Shown here piece by piece: positions 15,716 to 27,789 of a DNA stretch of 64,000 nt. The notes under the pieces were generated by a model. It saw only the letters and a list, made by a program, of their open reading frames with translations, had not been told where the DNA came from and searched no databases. Numbering within the stretch: position 1 is the stretch's first letter; each line of letters begins with the position of its first letter. This DNA is from Eledone cirrhosa (Eukaryota). The position numbers and the translations under genes are program-made. Location: NCBI GenBank assembly GCA_964016885.1, contig OZ024740.1, positions 326,616,001-326,680,000 of the forward strand. Reading direction: 5' to 3'.

Positions 15716-15780
<65 letters not shown>

Positions 15781-15929
15781 TTTCTACCTTACCTTTTACA
15801 CATACACACCCACCACCTTTATCCTTTACTCAGTTCACTTTTTAACCAGATACTCTTATCTAGATCTCATCACAAACCTTTTACAAATTTTTTTTCCCTT
15901 ACCTGTTCTTAATAATTGTGTTTATTATT

Positions 15930-16112
15930 TTGGATTGGCAGTATCGGTAGAGGGTCGGACGCCATGCTTTCCACCATAGTTACGTCCCTTTACGATCTAA
16001 GTTCAAATCCCGTCGAGGTTGACTTTGCCTTTCATCCTTACGGGGTCGATAAAATAAAGTACCAGTAATGCACTGGGTAATTGCTGGCCTTGTGCCTAAA
16101 GTAGAAACAATT
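15930..16112 (+). mobile_element. SINE family A
   Basis: Near-identical to 7398-7576. Confidence 0.88.
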
Positions 16113-16386
16113 ATTTTATTTCAATTTTACTCCCCTTTTGTCCTTACTTACCCACTAGGTTTTTTAATGTACTCATATAGGGTTGTGTGCGGGCGCATAT
16201 GCAGACAGGCTTATGTGTACATACATTTATAGTATTTTGATTATTTAATTGTATGTGTGTGTATGTGTGTATGTGTGTGTGTATGTGTGCGTGTATATAT
16301 ATATGTATATATATATATAAATGAAAATAGAGAAATTAATATAAGCAAAAAGCTTATATGTATATATATATATGTGTGTGTGTATG

Positions 16387-16481
<95 letters not shown>

Positions 16482-16561
16482 ATATATATATATATATATG
16501 TGTGTATGTGTTTGTGTATATATATATGTGTGTGTGTTTATATATGTTTATTTTATATTTT

Positions 16562-16602
<41 letters not shown>

Positions 16603-16604
<2 letters not shown>

Positions 16605-16660
16605 CGAAGGAAATGTGGTAAGGAACTAGATGGACCATAACGCACCAAAGTACTCACTCG
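16603..16660 (-). mobile_element. Family P tail fragment
   Basis: taacgaaggaaatgtggtaaggaac..ccataacgcaccaaagtactca between (TA)n tracts. Confidence 0.75.
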
Positions 16661-16826
16661 TTCCTATATATATATATATATATGTATATATATGTGTATG
16701 TATATATATATATATATATATATACACATACACTTGTGTATGTGTTTTTATACGTGTGTATGAGTATGTATGCATGTTTATGTGTGTGTGCGTGTGTATG
16801 TATGTATATATATATATATTTAAGTA

Positions 16827-17018
16827 TAACGAAGGAAATGTGGTAAGGAACCAAGTGGGCCATAACGCACCAAAGTACTCAATACTTAGGGTAGTAGAGT
16901 GGTAAAAGGAACAAATAAGACCCCGACGGCTGAGCTCAAGCCGTTTCGACGGCTAATTCTGGACTGAATTAGCCGTCGAAACGGCTTGAGCTCAGCCGTC
17001 GGGGTCTTATTTGTTCCT
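16827..17018 (-). mobile_element. Fold-back mini-element family P
   Basis: Perfect 53-bp arms 16907-16959/16966-17018 with loop TGGACT, plus the family tail. Confidence 0.88.
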
Positions 17019-17437
17019 ATATTTAAGTATATGTACATCTCGTGTATTTGTTTATTTTTAAGTTGTTTTTATTTCTCCCCCCCTCTTATCGTTTTCAACA
17101 CGTCTTTATTGTCTTTATTTTGTTTTTGACTTTGTATTTTTTGTTCTTATTCATTTATTTATTTATTCTTATTACTTCATGTATATGTATGTGTATGTAT
17201 CTATGTCCCTGTCGGTAGACGCATATATGCTAATGTGAAAAAGTATACGTCTACGTACTTTTTAAGTATATGCGCGTAGTTGAGTGTGTGTATGTTTATG
17301 TTCTGGATATTTATTGTTTATATATTTTTTTTATATTCTTTTTCCCCTCTTCTTCTTCGTCTGTTTTGTTCCTCAGCCTCACTTTCTTAAATTTTGCTTT
17401 CAAATCCATATTTAATAAAAACTCCATGTTTTTTTTA

Positions 17438-17498
17438 TTCATTCTGACGACTGAAGACAGATCTAGCATCTGCTTTCAAGAAACCACTGGTAAATGAA
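17438..17498 (+). ncRNA. Type I hammerhead
   Basis: TTCATT-CTGACGA-cTGAAGaCAGAT-ctagc-ATCTGcTTTCAa-GAAA-CC-act-GG-TA-AATGAA. Confidence 0.82.
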
Positions 17499-17803
17499 AT
17501 AATTATCTTATGTTGTTTATTACATAACTAATAAACTCTGTAGCCTACATAGAGCACTCCTTTTTCCTGTACCTTTCCGACGGAATTACCTCATTCCCAC
17601 ACACATACATATATATAAATGAAGTATTTCCGTAGGAAAGGTAAAGGAAAAGAGAGTGCTCTATGTAGGCTACAGAGCTTTTTAGTAATGTAATAAACAA
17701 CATAATAATTAATTCATTTACCAAAGGTTTCACGGAGACAGACGAGCTTGATATTTACGTCTTGGTAAATGAATTAATTATCTTATGTTGTTTATTACAT
17801 AAC
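17489..17803. repeat. Direct and inverted copies of a pLTR-like 3' end
   Basis: 17489-17584 is inverted at 17629-17722; a third, direct copy at 17764-17803 ends at (TA)n. Confidence 0.8.
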
Positions 17804-17831
17804 TATATATATATATATATATGAATATATA

Positions 17832-19018
17832 TGCGGACGGTATATTTTTCGTAATTATTTTATTTGACTAATTTTTTATTGAACTTCTATTTCAGAAAAA
17901 TAACTATGCTTATTAATGAAATGAAAAGGCATGCTGTGATTGTGGCTTTGAAGGCTAAGCATGGTGATTTAGAAATTTCTCGTTTTCTGAAAGTTGCCAA
18001 ATCTTTTGTTCGGTGTGAGTGAAAGAAAGAGGATGGAAGCGTATTACCTGTATCAAAACGTAAAAAAACATTCCAAATGCTCTGATTCTATCAGGACACC
18101 TGAATTTATACAGGAAGTTAAGCAAAACATTGATAACAATCCAGGAAAATCAATGAGGTCAATTGCAAAACGTTTTGGTGTGTCAGAAAAAACAATCAGA
18201 AATGTTGTGCACGAAGACATCAGATACAAATCTTACGCCAGAAAAACGAAAGAAAACCGTTTAATCAGATCCAAAAGACCTTTGAACAAACTTAAAAATC
18301 CATCAGATGATCTGATTTGGTTTTTCTCAGATGAGAAAAACTTTGACCAGGACCAGAAAACTAACAGAAGAAATGACAGGTGGCTATGTGCAGACCCTTC
18401 TGAGGTTCCAAGAGTAATGCTCACAAAATTTCCTGCAAGTGTCATGGTTTTGGGTGTTGTTAGCAATGAAGGACATGTGATGCCTCCTCATGTTTTTCCA
18501 CAAGGTCTTAGGATGAATGCTGTTGCGTTCTGGATAAAGTTGTTAAGTTTTGGATCAACAGTGTATGCAATGAAAATCCTTGTCTTTCAACAAGATTCTG
18601 CACTATCACACAAGACTCAAATGTCACAAGAATGGATGGCTGGCAATTTGCATGATCACATCACCCCCAACATTTGGTCTCCTAATTCTCCAGATCTCAA
18701 TCCACTGGACTACTATGTATGGAGCATCGTTGAGAAAAATGTCAATCAATACTGTCATAGCACCAACGATTCTTTGAAAGCCGCCATAGTTCGAGTCATG
18801 TCCGATATGAACAAGGAACACTTAATCCGAGCTTGTAAACGATTTCGACCCCGCGTGGAGGCAGTTATTGATGCTTATGGAGGTTTTATTGAATGAAATT
18901 ATTAAATTGATAATTTAGCTTTATGTTTATGTTATTTTTATAAGAATACAGGTGTTTTTCTGTTATTATATAAACGTGTTTTTAAACCATAAATCTGTCC
19001 TCAAATACCGTCCGCACC

Positions 19019-19021
<3 letters not shown>
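17832..19021 (+). mobile_element. Tc1/mariner superfamily DD37D (maT) transposon
   Basis: TIR tgcggacggtat (left, outer bases lost) and ataccgtccgcaccctg (right), set in (TA)n. Confidence 0.9.
17994..18896 (+). pseudogene. DD37D transposase, N-terminus frameshifted
   Basis: HTH SMRSIAKRFGVSEKTIR; FSDEKNF; FQQD..SPDLNPLDY with 37 residues counted between the second and third Asp; true start probably near 17906-17921. Confidence 0.88.
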
Positions 19022-19054
<33 letters not shown>

Positions 19055-19107
19055 TTAATATATAAGAGAACAAAGAATCAGTGTTGCATTATATACATAT
19101 TTAATTA

Positions 19108-19198
19108 TACATTACATATGTTTCACTGTCGATCAGCTCGAGGAACGATCTATTAATGATCGAACCTGACTCTGGGATCGGAAGCTCCTCAGATATGT
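19108..19198 (-). ncRNA. Type I hammerhead with extended stem II (homologue of 12824)
   Basis: ATAT-CTGAGGA-GCT-tc-CGATC-[about 40 nt]-GATCG-ac-AGT-GAAA-C-ATAT-G-TA-ATGT. Confidence 0.78.
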
Positions 19199-19624
19199 TT
19201 TAAACATGTAGACTCGCGCCTGAGATTGGTTGATTATCCCAATTCCTTCTGATATGCTACCACAAATCTGTCATAGTGGTATTTCACCGAATTCACTTGG
19301 TTTGTTTTCGGTCAGAGGGCTTCTTATAATTTAGCGGCTATTATCGCCATCTCGGTCAAGTTGTCGCACGTATCCATGCGTGTCGACCCGTCTGCCTGAC
19401 GTCCGCTGGCACATTGTTTGAAGTAATCATTAGGAGATAAGGCAATACAAGAATGCAGGGGTGGTGAAACGTAAAGGGGTAAGGGAATTAAAATAAAAAA
19501 TAAAAAATAAAACCACACACACATATGTGTGTATATATATATTAATACTATTGATACTCTGCTCCCCAAGAGCATAGAGTGCTCATTCGGCATACCACCT
19601 ATGGACGCAATTAACTTGCACCTT

Positions 19625-19757
<133 letters not shown>

Positions 19758-19779
19758 CACACACACACAAATATTTATC

Positions 19780-19889
19780 ATTAGCACAGATTAAAAGTTT
19801 AAGCAAACAATTTCTGCTTTCAACCTAATGCGATATCGTATAAGGATGAAAGTAAAAATTGTTTGTTTAAACATTTAATCTGCGCTAAT
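19780..19889. repeat. Fold-back related to the 8809/47180 family
   Basis: attagcacagattaaaagtttaagcaaacaattt..ctttca pairs imperfectly with tgaaag..aaattgtttgtttaaacatttaatctgcgctaat. Confidence 0.8.
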
Positions 19890-19894
19890 AATAA

Positions 19895-21760
19895 TAATGT
19901 TTTCTGATTTAGGCACAAGTCAAACAATTCTAGGGGAGAGGAAAGTCGATTAAATCAACCCCGGTGCAATACCGGTGCTTTATTTCATCGACCCCTTAAG
20001 GATGAAAGGCAAAGCTAAACCCAGCGGGATTTGAATTCAGAACGTAAAGGACCGTAATTCTATGCAGTGAAGACAATAATGATAATAATTGTTTCTACTT
20101 TAGGCACAAGGCCAGCAATTTTTGGGGAGGGGAAAGTCAATTAAATTGATCCCAGTACATTACTGGCACTTTATTTTATCGACCCTGTAAGGATGAAAGG
20201 CAAAGCTAACCTCGGCGGGATTTGAATTCAGAACGTAAAGGACCGTAACTCTATGCCATATATATATATAGTAAGGATAAAAGCCAAACAAAGCAAAACG
20301 ACAGCTAACCCAATGCAATTGTATGAATGGTTGTTGTTTCTTAAAAAAACAAACATTTATGGAATCGCAATATAAAGTTCTCCAGGGAATAGCGATCTCT
20401 TTCATTATGTAATTCCACTTCACATATGGCAACATTATTAATGTTTAATTATCAAAGGTGGGAAAGCACCAATAAAAGGTGCATTAACAAGAACAAAAAC
20501 ATTATTATCAGCAGTAACAACAACATGGGAGAGCCTCTACGTAATAGCTTGAATGTTAGAAATAGCAGACAAATATTCCTCAGACATAGCCGAAGAAAAG
20601 GTAGGAATGTGTAATGGGTGGAATGTCTTTGGTTAATAGATTTGTTTGGTTAGGGTTTACTGAGCACAGCTTTTTATGTGAAAGGGAAGGTATGTAGTAT
20701 AATCGAGTAACATACATATATATATACACCAGGTCCGAACTCAAAAGAACCAAACTCCCACTGTTACTATGCCCGTCTCTCTTACTCTCCTCATCTCTCA
20801 CTATTATGAGCAAATGGCGGCCCATGTCAGTGGCACTAAACAACCACCTCCAACAACAATAACGAAAACATCAACATCAGCATCAACAATAATAATAGTT
20901 TGTGATTTAGGCACAAGGTCAGCAATTTTGGAGGGTGGGGGTGGGGGGAGGGGGTGGGGGAGGAGAGAGTCGATTAAATCGACCCCCAGTACTTTATTTT
21001 ATTGACCGCGTAAAGATGAAAGGCAAAGCTAACCTCGTAGGGATTTGAACTCAGAATGTAAAGAGCTGCAACTCTATGCCGCATAGCTTGTTGTCCAACG
21101 CTTTACCGATGCTGCCAATCTACCATCAATAATGATAATAACAATTGTTTCTGATTTATGGACAAGGCCAGCAATTGTTGGGGAGGAGAAAGTCGATTAA
21201 ATCGACCCTAGTACGTTACTGGTACTTTAATTTATCGACCCCGGCAGGATTTGAACGCAGAATGTAAAGATCCACAACTAGATGCCGTATGCCACAAAGC
21301 ATGTTGTCCGACGCTCTACACATACTGCCAATCAACCGCCCTATCAACAATAATAATTGTTTCTACTTTTGGCACAAGACCAGCAATTTCCCCAGTGATT
21401 ACTGGTACTTTATTTTATCGACCCCCGTAACGATGAAAAGCAAAGTTAACCTCAGCGGGATTTGAACTCAGAACGCAAAGGCCATAACTCAGTGCTGCAA
21501 ACCATGGTGTCTGACGCTCTACCGATACTGTCAATCCACCGCCTTATAATAATTGTTTCTACTGTTGGCACAAGGCCAGCAATTACTCCAGTGCATTACT
21601 GGTACTCTATTTTATCGGCTCCGTAAGGATGAAAAGCAAAGTTAACCTCGGCGGGATTTGAACTCAGAACGCAAAGGGCCATAACTCTATGCTGCAAACC
21701 ATGGTGTCTGACGCTCTACCGATACTGTCAATCCACCGCAGGATTGCTAATCTACCGCAG
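19895..21760 (-). mobile_element. Cluster of six co-oriented SINE family A copies
   Basis: Copies at about 19895-20070, 20088-20258, 20895-21125, 21143-21340, 21354-21545 and 21549-21740. Confidence 0.88.
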
Positions 21761-22144
21761 AATAATTTACTATAAAATATATATCACACTTCAAATATGA
21801 AATAAACAAATAACAATGAAGCATAACAACAGGAAAGGAAGTAACAAACTCAATGTTATAACAATTAAAATAATATGAATTTCATAAAACAAAGATTAAC
21901 AACTATAACCCTTTAGCCTGTGTAATCTGGACGGGATTGGTGTTGTTAGGGGGAGGAAAGCTTTTAGGAAGGAAAGATATTACATGGAGAGAGAGAGAGA
22001 GGGGAGAGAGATGGAGAGAGGAGAGAGGGAGGAGGGAGAAGGGAGAGATGGAGAGACGGAGAGTTACAGAGAGAGAGAGAGAGAGAACGAGGGGGGGGGA
22101 AGAAAAGAGAAAGAGAACGAGAGGGGGGAGTGAGAGAGTTAGTA

Positions 22145-22194
<50 letters not shown>

Positions 22195-22519
22195 AGAGAA
22201 TGAGGGAGAGATAGATAGATAGAGAGAGAGAATAAGGGCGTTAAAATGAAATAGTGAGAGGAAGTGTTAGGGTGTGATTTGTGTGTTTAGTACTTAAACT
22301 GTCTCCTTTCTTGCAGTCAACTATCTGAAAATGTGCGTGAGGGTCATTATCTATTCTAATTCGAAATCTCAAATGTTTTCCTAGGTGTTATCGTCATTAA
22401 TGGAGTCGTCATTTTTAGAATGATTATTTTAATAACTTTATGTTTTTTCTTTATCCCAAGATGCTCTTCAAAAACATTAGTTCGGGACCATTAAACCATA
22501 ATGAGTTGAGCGACGAAGA

Positions 22520-22690
22520 CAGAGGGGAATGGCTGTATAGCTAAGAAGTACGTTTCAAAACCACGAGGTTCTAGCTTCAATGCAATTGCGTCGTAACTTG
22601 GCCAATAGACCTATACCATAGCCTTTGGTTGACTGATACCTTGTAAGTGGAATTTGGTAGAAGAAAACTGGACAGAACCCTGTCGTAAAT
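22520..22690 (+). mobile_element. Degenerate tRNA-derived SINE, family B
   Basis: tggctgtatagctaagaag..ccatagcc..ccttgtaagtggaatttggtagaagaaaactg; relatives at about 52300-52475 (+) and 54190-54250 (-). Confidence 0.6.
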
Positions 22691-23089
22691 ATGTTGTGCA
22701 TAAAATAATTAATTTATGATTTAACAACTTTGCTAACGAATTCATGATCATGTAAATTAGAATAGACATTTAAAATGAGTCCTGGTTTGTGTTTGATATA
22801 AAGGGCTTTAAGTTATCTCCGTAGAGAAAATTGAGGATACATAGTGTTTGATAAATTTCCAACTAGCGAAGAAACACGCCAATATGATCTCAATATTTTC
22901 TTCTTATGGAGAGACATGAAAATGTGTTTACATTTATTTACATCTCACAATGAGATCTTGTTTAAAATTTGCAGGTTTTCCTACATGAAAAAAATTCAGA
23001 TATTTCCAACACACACATTATCCAACACACACACACACACACGTGCACGCATGCACACATTGTCGACAGAGCTGTTCTGCTAGAGAACG

Positions 23090-23690
23090 GGTCGCAGGTG
23101 GCGGAAAGCGATACGGTCACTAGATATGTTGGTCAGTTGCGATATAAACGGGCTCCAGCCGAACGAATAAGCAACTCCGGACTAGAAGGAATAAACTACT
23201 AGAGAGGATGGTGTAATGGGTGACACTGTTAGCTCACAAGAAAACTCTCAAACCTCAGTAATGTAGCTATGAAGATGCGAGTAAAGACCGCCTTTAAAAA
23301 GCCTAGTCTTCCCTTGTTTGAGAAAAGTATCAAAATTGCGACTGGCGCAAATGAGACCACCAAAACACTGAAATATGGCCGGAAACAGTAAAGACAACCA
23401 TGCCCCCATCACCCTTCACGTTGAATAACAAGGGACGCATTCAGGCCTTAGGTAGAGAGGCCTTTTCGAAAAATATATTGCAGTCTTCACCTAACGCTGC
23501 AAGAACTGGTGATAGGTCTGCGACTTGTCTCGGGAGACGTTGGCTGGAAGCCTTCTGTATACAGAAGGGAGCAAACCTTGAATTCGAACTTTACAACCCT
23601 TACAGGTAAGGAGCAGGAACTAATGGAGGAGGCCAGATACTACCACTTAGATGTTGTCGGGGTTTACTCAACAGAGTTCTGTGACTCTTC
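23090..23690 (+). pseudogene. RTE-clade LINE 5' fragment (UTR plus start of APE domain)
   Basis: TLTGKEQELMEEARYYHLDVVGVYST resembles the RTE APE N-terminus. Confidence 0.6.
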
Positions 23691-23810
23691 AACTCTTCAA
23701 CAAGCTGCCAAGAAATTTGAGAGATCTGCATGGTGTGGACGTGGATGTTTTCAAGAAACATCTTGACACCCTGCTAGCCAGGATCCCGGATGAGCCCACA
23801 GCACGGTACA
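23690..23810 (+). pseudogene. CR1-group LINE ORF2 C-terminal fragment
   Basis: QLFNKLPRNLRDLHGVDVDVFKKHLDTLLARIPDEP (NxLP..FK..LD pattern). Confidence 0.7.
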
Positions 23811-23865
23811 AATGTAACCTAACCACGATAGAACCAGTTTAAAACTGGTTAGATAATTACTCAAG

Positions 23866-24010
23866 AGAGTACTCAATACTTAGGGTAGTGGAATATGGGT
23901 ATCTTATAATGAGTCGGGACCCGACAGCTCAGCTCTTGCGTTTCAACAGCTAGTTCAGGACTGTAGCTGTTGAAATGGCAAGAATTCAGTTATCGGGTTC
24001 TGATCCTTTA
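23866..24010 (-). mobile_element. Fold-back mini-element family P (subfamily 2)
   Basis: gagtactcaatacttagggtagt followed by an imperfect hairpin at 23905-24012. Confidence 0.75.
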
Positions 24011-24049
24011 TAATACATATATGACCATCCCTAAATATAAATATATATA

Positions 24050-24302
24050 TATTGAAGACCCTCTTCCCGACGCACAAGTCCAAGCAAGGTTGTTTGTGGA
24101 AGACCAGCAGTCGCCCAAGCATACCATCCTCCCCTCTCCACGCCACCGATGATGTCCAAGGGAAAGGCTATGGCCGATACTGCTTGGCACCAGTGACGTC
24201 GCAACTCATTTCTATAGCTGAGTAAAGTGGAGCAACGTTAAATAAAGTGTCTTGCTCATGGACACAACGCATCACCCGGTTCGAGAATCGAACTCACAAC
24301 CT

Positions 24303-24305
<3 letters not shown>
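24050..24305 (-). mobile_element. tRNA-derived SINE, family C
   Basis: B-box-like GAGTTCGATTC on the minus strand; aaataaagtgtcttg(c/a)tca..ggacacaa is shared with 33390-33720. Confidence 0.65.
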
Positions 24306-24340
<35 letters not shown>

Positions 24341-24343
<3 letters not shown>

Positions 24344-24983
24344 TTTCTGAATTTGTTTAGCAAGATTCTTTATCTGAAATCGTGTGTTGAAACCGATATT
24401 GTTATACTTTGCTAAAATAGAACATAAGGGTAAATTAGAGAACATAGAAATAAAAATAGAATCTACACACAGAAAAGACGCAATGTTTAGACAAATCACA
24501 GAGGCAATAAACATAAAAGAGTTACAACCAAAATTAAATAGAAAATATGAGTGGAACAGCAACATCACAACTTACAATTAAGGACAAAATGAAAACACAC
24601 ACACACATAGAACAAACAACCAACCGGTAACATGTAAATAAACAAATAAATAAATAAACAAATATAAACACACACAGACACCCGGATGTGGCGCATGCGC
24701 AGACTGAGCACACAACACACACACAGAAACAAAATGGCGTAGGACAGAACAAAGGAGAGGCACAAAAACAAAGAAAAGAATCCCCAGTCACTGATGAGGT
24801 CACAGAATGTGTGACGAAAGAACTTTGACAATATATAAACAACTATCTGGTTGTGGAACCAACCAACCAACCAGAAATTTATAGATTTATAAATTCCTAA
24901 ATTTATAAATTTATTATAATAAATTGAAGTGAAAGCAACTGGTGCGTGTGTTTCTTATTGGCAACATGACCCTCCCAAAGTAT

Positions 24984-24990
<7 letters not shown>
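24341..24990 (+). mobile_element. 5'-truncated PLE (GIY-YIG end plus pLTR) with an inverted pLTR extension at 24341-24410
   Basis: Close homologue of 60241-60790; 24341-24410 matches 59452-59521; both ends abut (TA)n. Confidence 0.9.
24787..24829 (+). ncRNA. Minimal type I hammerhead in pLTR
   Basis: GTCA-CTGATGA-g-GTCACA-gaatg-TGTGAC-GAAA-G-aa-C-TT-TGAC. Confidence 0.85.
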
Positions 24991-25049
<59 letters not shown>

Positions 25050-25186
25050 AAAAGAAATCGAAAATGCAACTGGCATCTTTTTAAGAATATTTATTTATTT
25101 CCTTTACCAGTTTCACAGTTCTTATGCTTTTCAAAAGTAAAATTGAGATGGAGGGTTTGTGGTTTGTCTCGCTCCTGTATGAAACC

Positions 25187-25188
<2 letters not shown>

Positions 25189-25220
<32 letters not shown>

Positions 25221-25380
25221 TTTACGTCCACTTTTCCCTGCTTTCAAGGGTGGGACGGCTCCTATTCAGCACAGCATCTCTCAATTCGTCACGTTCCTTC
25301 GTCATCTCCTCTGTGAGCTTCAGCGATCTAAGGTCAGCTCTCACCACCTCCGCTCATGATTTTCGTCGTCTTCTTCTACT
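25189..25380 (-). pseudogene. RTE-like LINE 3' end with (GAT)n tail
   Basis: RRRRKS*AEVVRADLRSLKLTEEMTKERDELRDAV. Confidence 0.65.
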
Positions 25381-25425
25381 GCGCTATTAACACTTCTATT
25401 GATATATGTTGACTATTATTATGCT

Positions 25426-25497
<72 letters not shown>

Positions 25498-25601
25498 ACA
25501 CACACACACACACACACGTACACACTCACTCACTCACTCACACACATGCACATACACATAAATTTCACTTTTCTGAAAAAGTTAGAAACTAGTGTACACT
25601 A

Positions 25602-25687
<86 letters not shown>

Positions 25688-25779
25688 TTGCTGCTACTTT
25701 ACCACTGCTGCTGCTGCTGTTGCTGCTACTATTACCACTGCTGCTGCTGCTGTTGCTGCTACTATTACCACTGCTGCTG

Positions 25780-25839
<60 letters not shown>

Positions 25840-25892
25840 ACACCACCACCACCACTACTACTACTACTACCACCACCACCACAACCACCACC

Positions 25893-25965
<73 letters not shown>
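25602..25965. repeat. Compound (CTA)n/(CTG)n/(CCA)n microsatellite
   Basis: Directly visible. Confidence 0.95.
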
Positions 25966-25966
<1 letters not shown>

Positions 25967-26464
25967 GATCACTGCATTATCATTAGAACAATCTTTGCCA
26001 TCGTCGCAACGACGACGACAACCAACACCACCACTACTACCACTACTCCTCATCCACGATAACAACGTCTCAGCCTCTACTACTTCTAGCCATACGTCTA
26101 CTACCATCTCCACCACTGTAACCCCCACCTCATTACGGTCCCCACTACCAACTACAATTATCATCAATACTAGATATTAATATATGCATCTATATATCAC
26201 GTTAATCTGTCTTTCAAACATATTGACATCCTGACATAGTTTTTGTTATTAGGCTAATTAATATGCTATTACTATCTATATCATTTTTATCATCCAATTT
26301 AAGCCCTTATACCCCAGGGAGTTCCACAAATATTATCTATACTGACTTCATTAATGAGTTCTACATTCTGCATTGCGCTATGGAATTTGTACACCCTTGT
26401 TGGATTCTGGACAGTTTTTATTTCAAATAATACAACTTCACCGGTATTTGGGTTCTATAGCGGT

Positions 26465-26532
26465 GGTCTAACGTAACGTGCGGTCTAGCGTAGCGTGCGG
26501 TCTAGCGTAGCGTGCAGTCTAGCATAGCGTGC
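26465..26532. repeat. 17-bp tandem repeat, 4 copies
   Basis: Unit ggtctagcgtagcgtgc. Confidence 0.85.
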
Positions 26533-26824
26533 GGTAGAGCGTATACGGAACTATAAAGCGAGAATTTATATGTAAACAATAAAGAATGTGATAGAAATTG
26601 TAATGTCATTGATATTAATCTTACAGTATATTAAAAAAACAATCATAATAAGGAATGTGATCATTAATAAAATTATCTAACAGTGTAAAAATCCTGATAT
26701 TATTCAAGACTATGTGGCGACCACATCCCTCCACCCCACATGCAACACAAGGCTTCCTTAGAAAAACATCCCGATATTATTATACTATGCAATATAATAA
26801 TTGACCTGATGCGAAGTGTATGTC

Positions 26825-27015
26825 ATTTCGGTAAAGGGTTGGACGCCATGCTTTGCCGCATAGACTTTACATTCTGAGTTTAAATCCCGCCGAGGTTAAC
26901 TTTGCCTTTCATCCTTATGGGGTCGATAAAATAAAGTACCAGTCACACACTGGAGTCGATTTAATCGACTTTTCCTCCCCCAAAATTGCTGGCCTTGTGC
27001 CTATATAAGAAATCA
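26825..27015 (+). mobile_element. SINE family A
   Basis: Family body present. Confidence 0.85.
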
Positions 27016-27627
27016 TTATTTTATTAATACGAAGATCAATACATTTAGAGCACAATTTTTCTTTTTCCATCATCCTGCAATGTAAATATCTCTGATAGAC
27101 CACACGCTATAGTAGCATCGATATTTATATAATGACTTCTTCTTCTCACGTATTGGACAGCAATCACGTACAGGGTTGGATTTAGATCTTAGAGGGGGGT
27201 GGGTGGACTTCAGGTTTGAGGAGCCCCTCATACACAAAAAATTAGAATACACAGTACCCCCCACCCAATTTTACCCAAGGTTAACTTGGCGCAAGTAATT
27301 GGAATTGAAAAGTTATACATACAAAAATTCTAAGAGAGAATGAGGGAGTGAAAGAAAATATATTTAGAAAAATGGTTAAATTTATAGGATAAACTAATAC
27401 TAAATATAATATACCAGTAAGACTGCTAGCTGGGTGATAAGTTCTTGACATATGGAAATATATCTCTCGGCACGTGCGGAGATAGGCAAGAAACTACATT
27501 TCTGCACGAAACGGTCTCTAAAACCTCTACTAAATATGTGTCTTAGAAAGTTTTCAAAACATTCGCACAAATTCCTCCAAACAGCAACATTTAGAAATAA
27601 TATAGAAAATACGTGACTGTAAGATGA

Positions 27628-27770
27628 GATAATTGTTTCTACTTTAGGCACAAGGTCAGCAATTAATCAGTGCATTACTGGTACTTTATTTTATCGACCC
27701 CGTAAGGATGAAAGGCAAAGTCAACCTCGGCGGGATTTGAACTCAGATCCCACCGAGGTTGACTTTGCCT
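27628..27770 (-). mobile_element. SINE family A, truncated, with a short inversion
   Basis: Family body; 27748-27771 inverts 27712-27736; tgactgtaagatgagataa is duplicated at both flanks (about 27614 and 27772). Confidence 0.8.
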
Positions 27771-27789
27771 TTGACTGTAAGATGAGATA

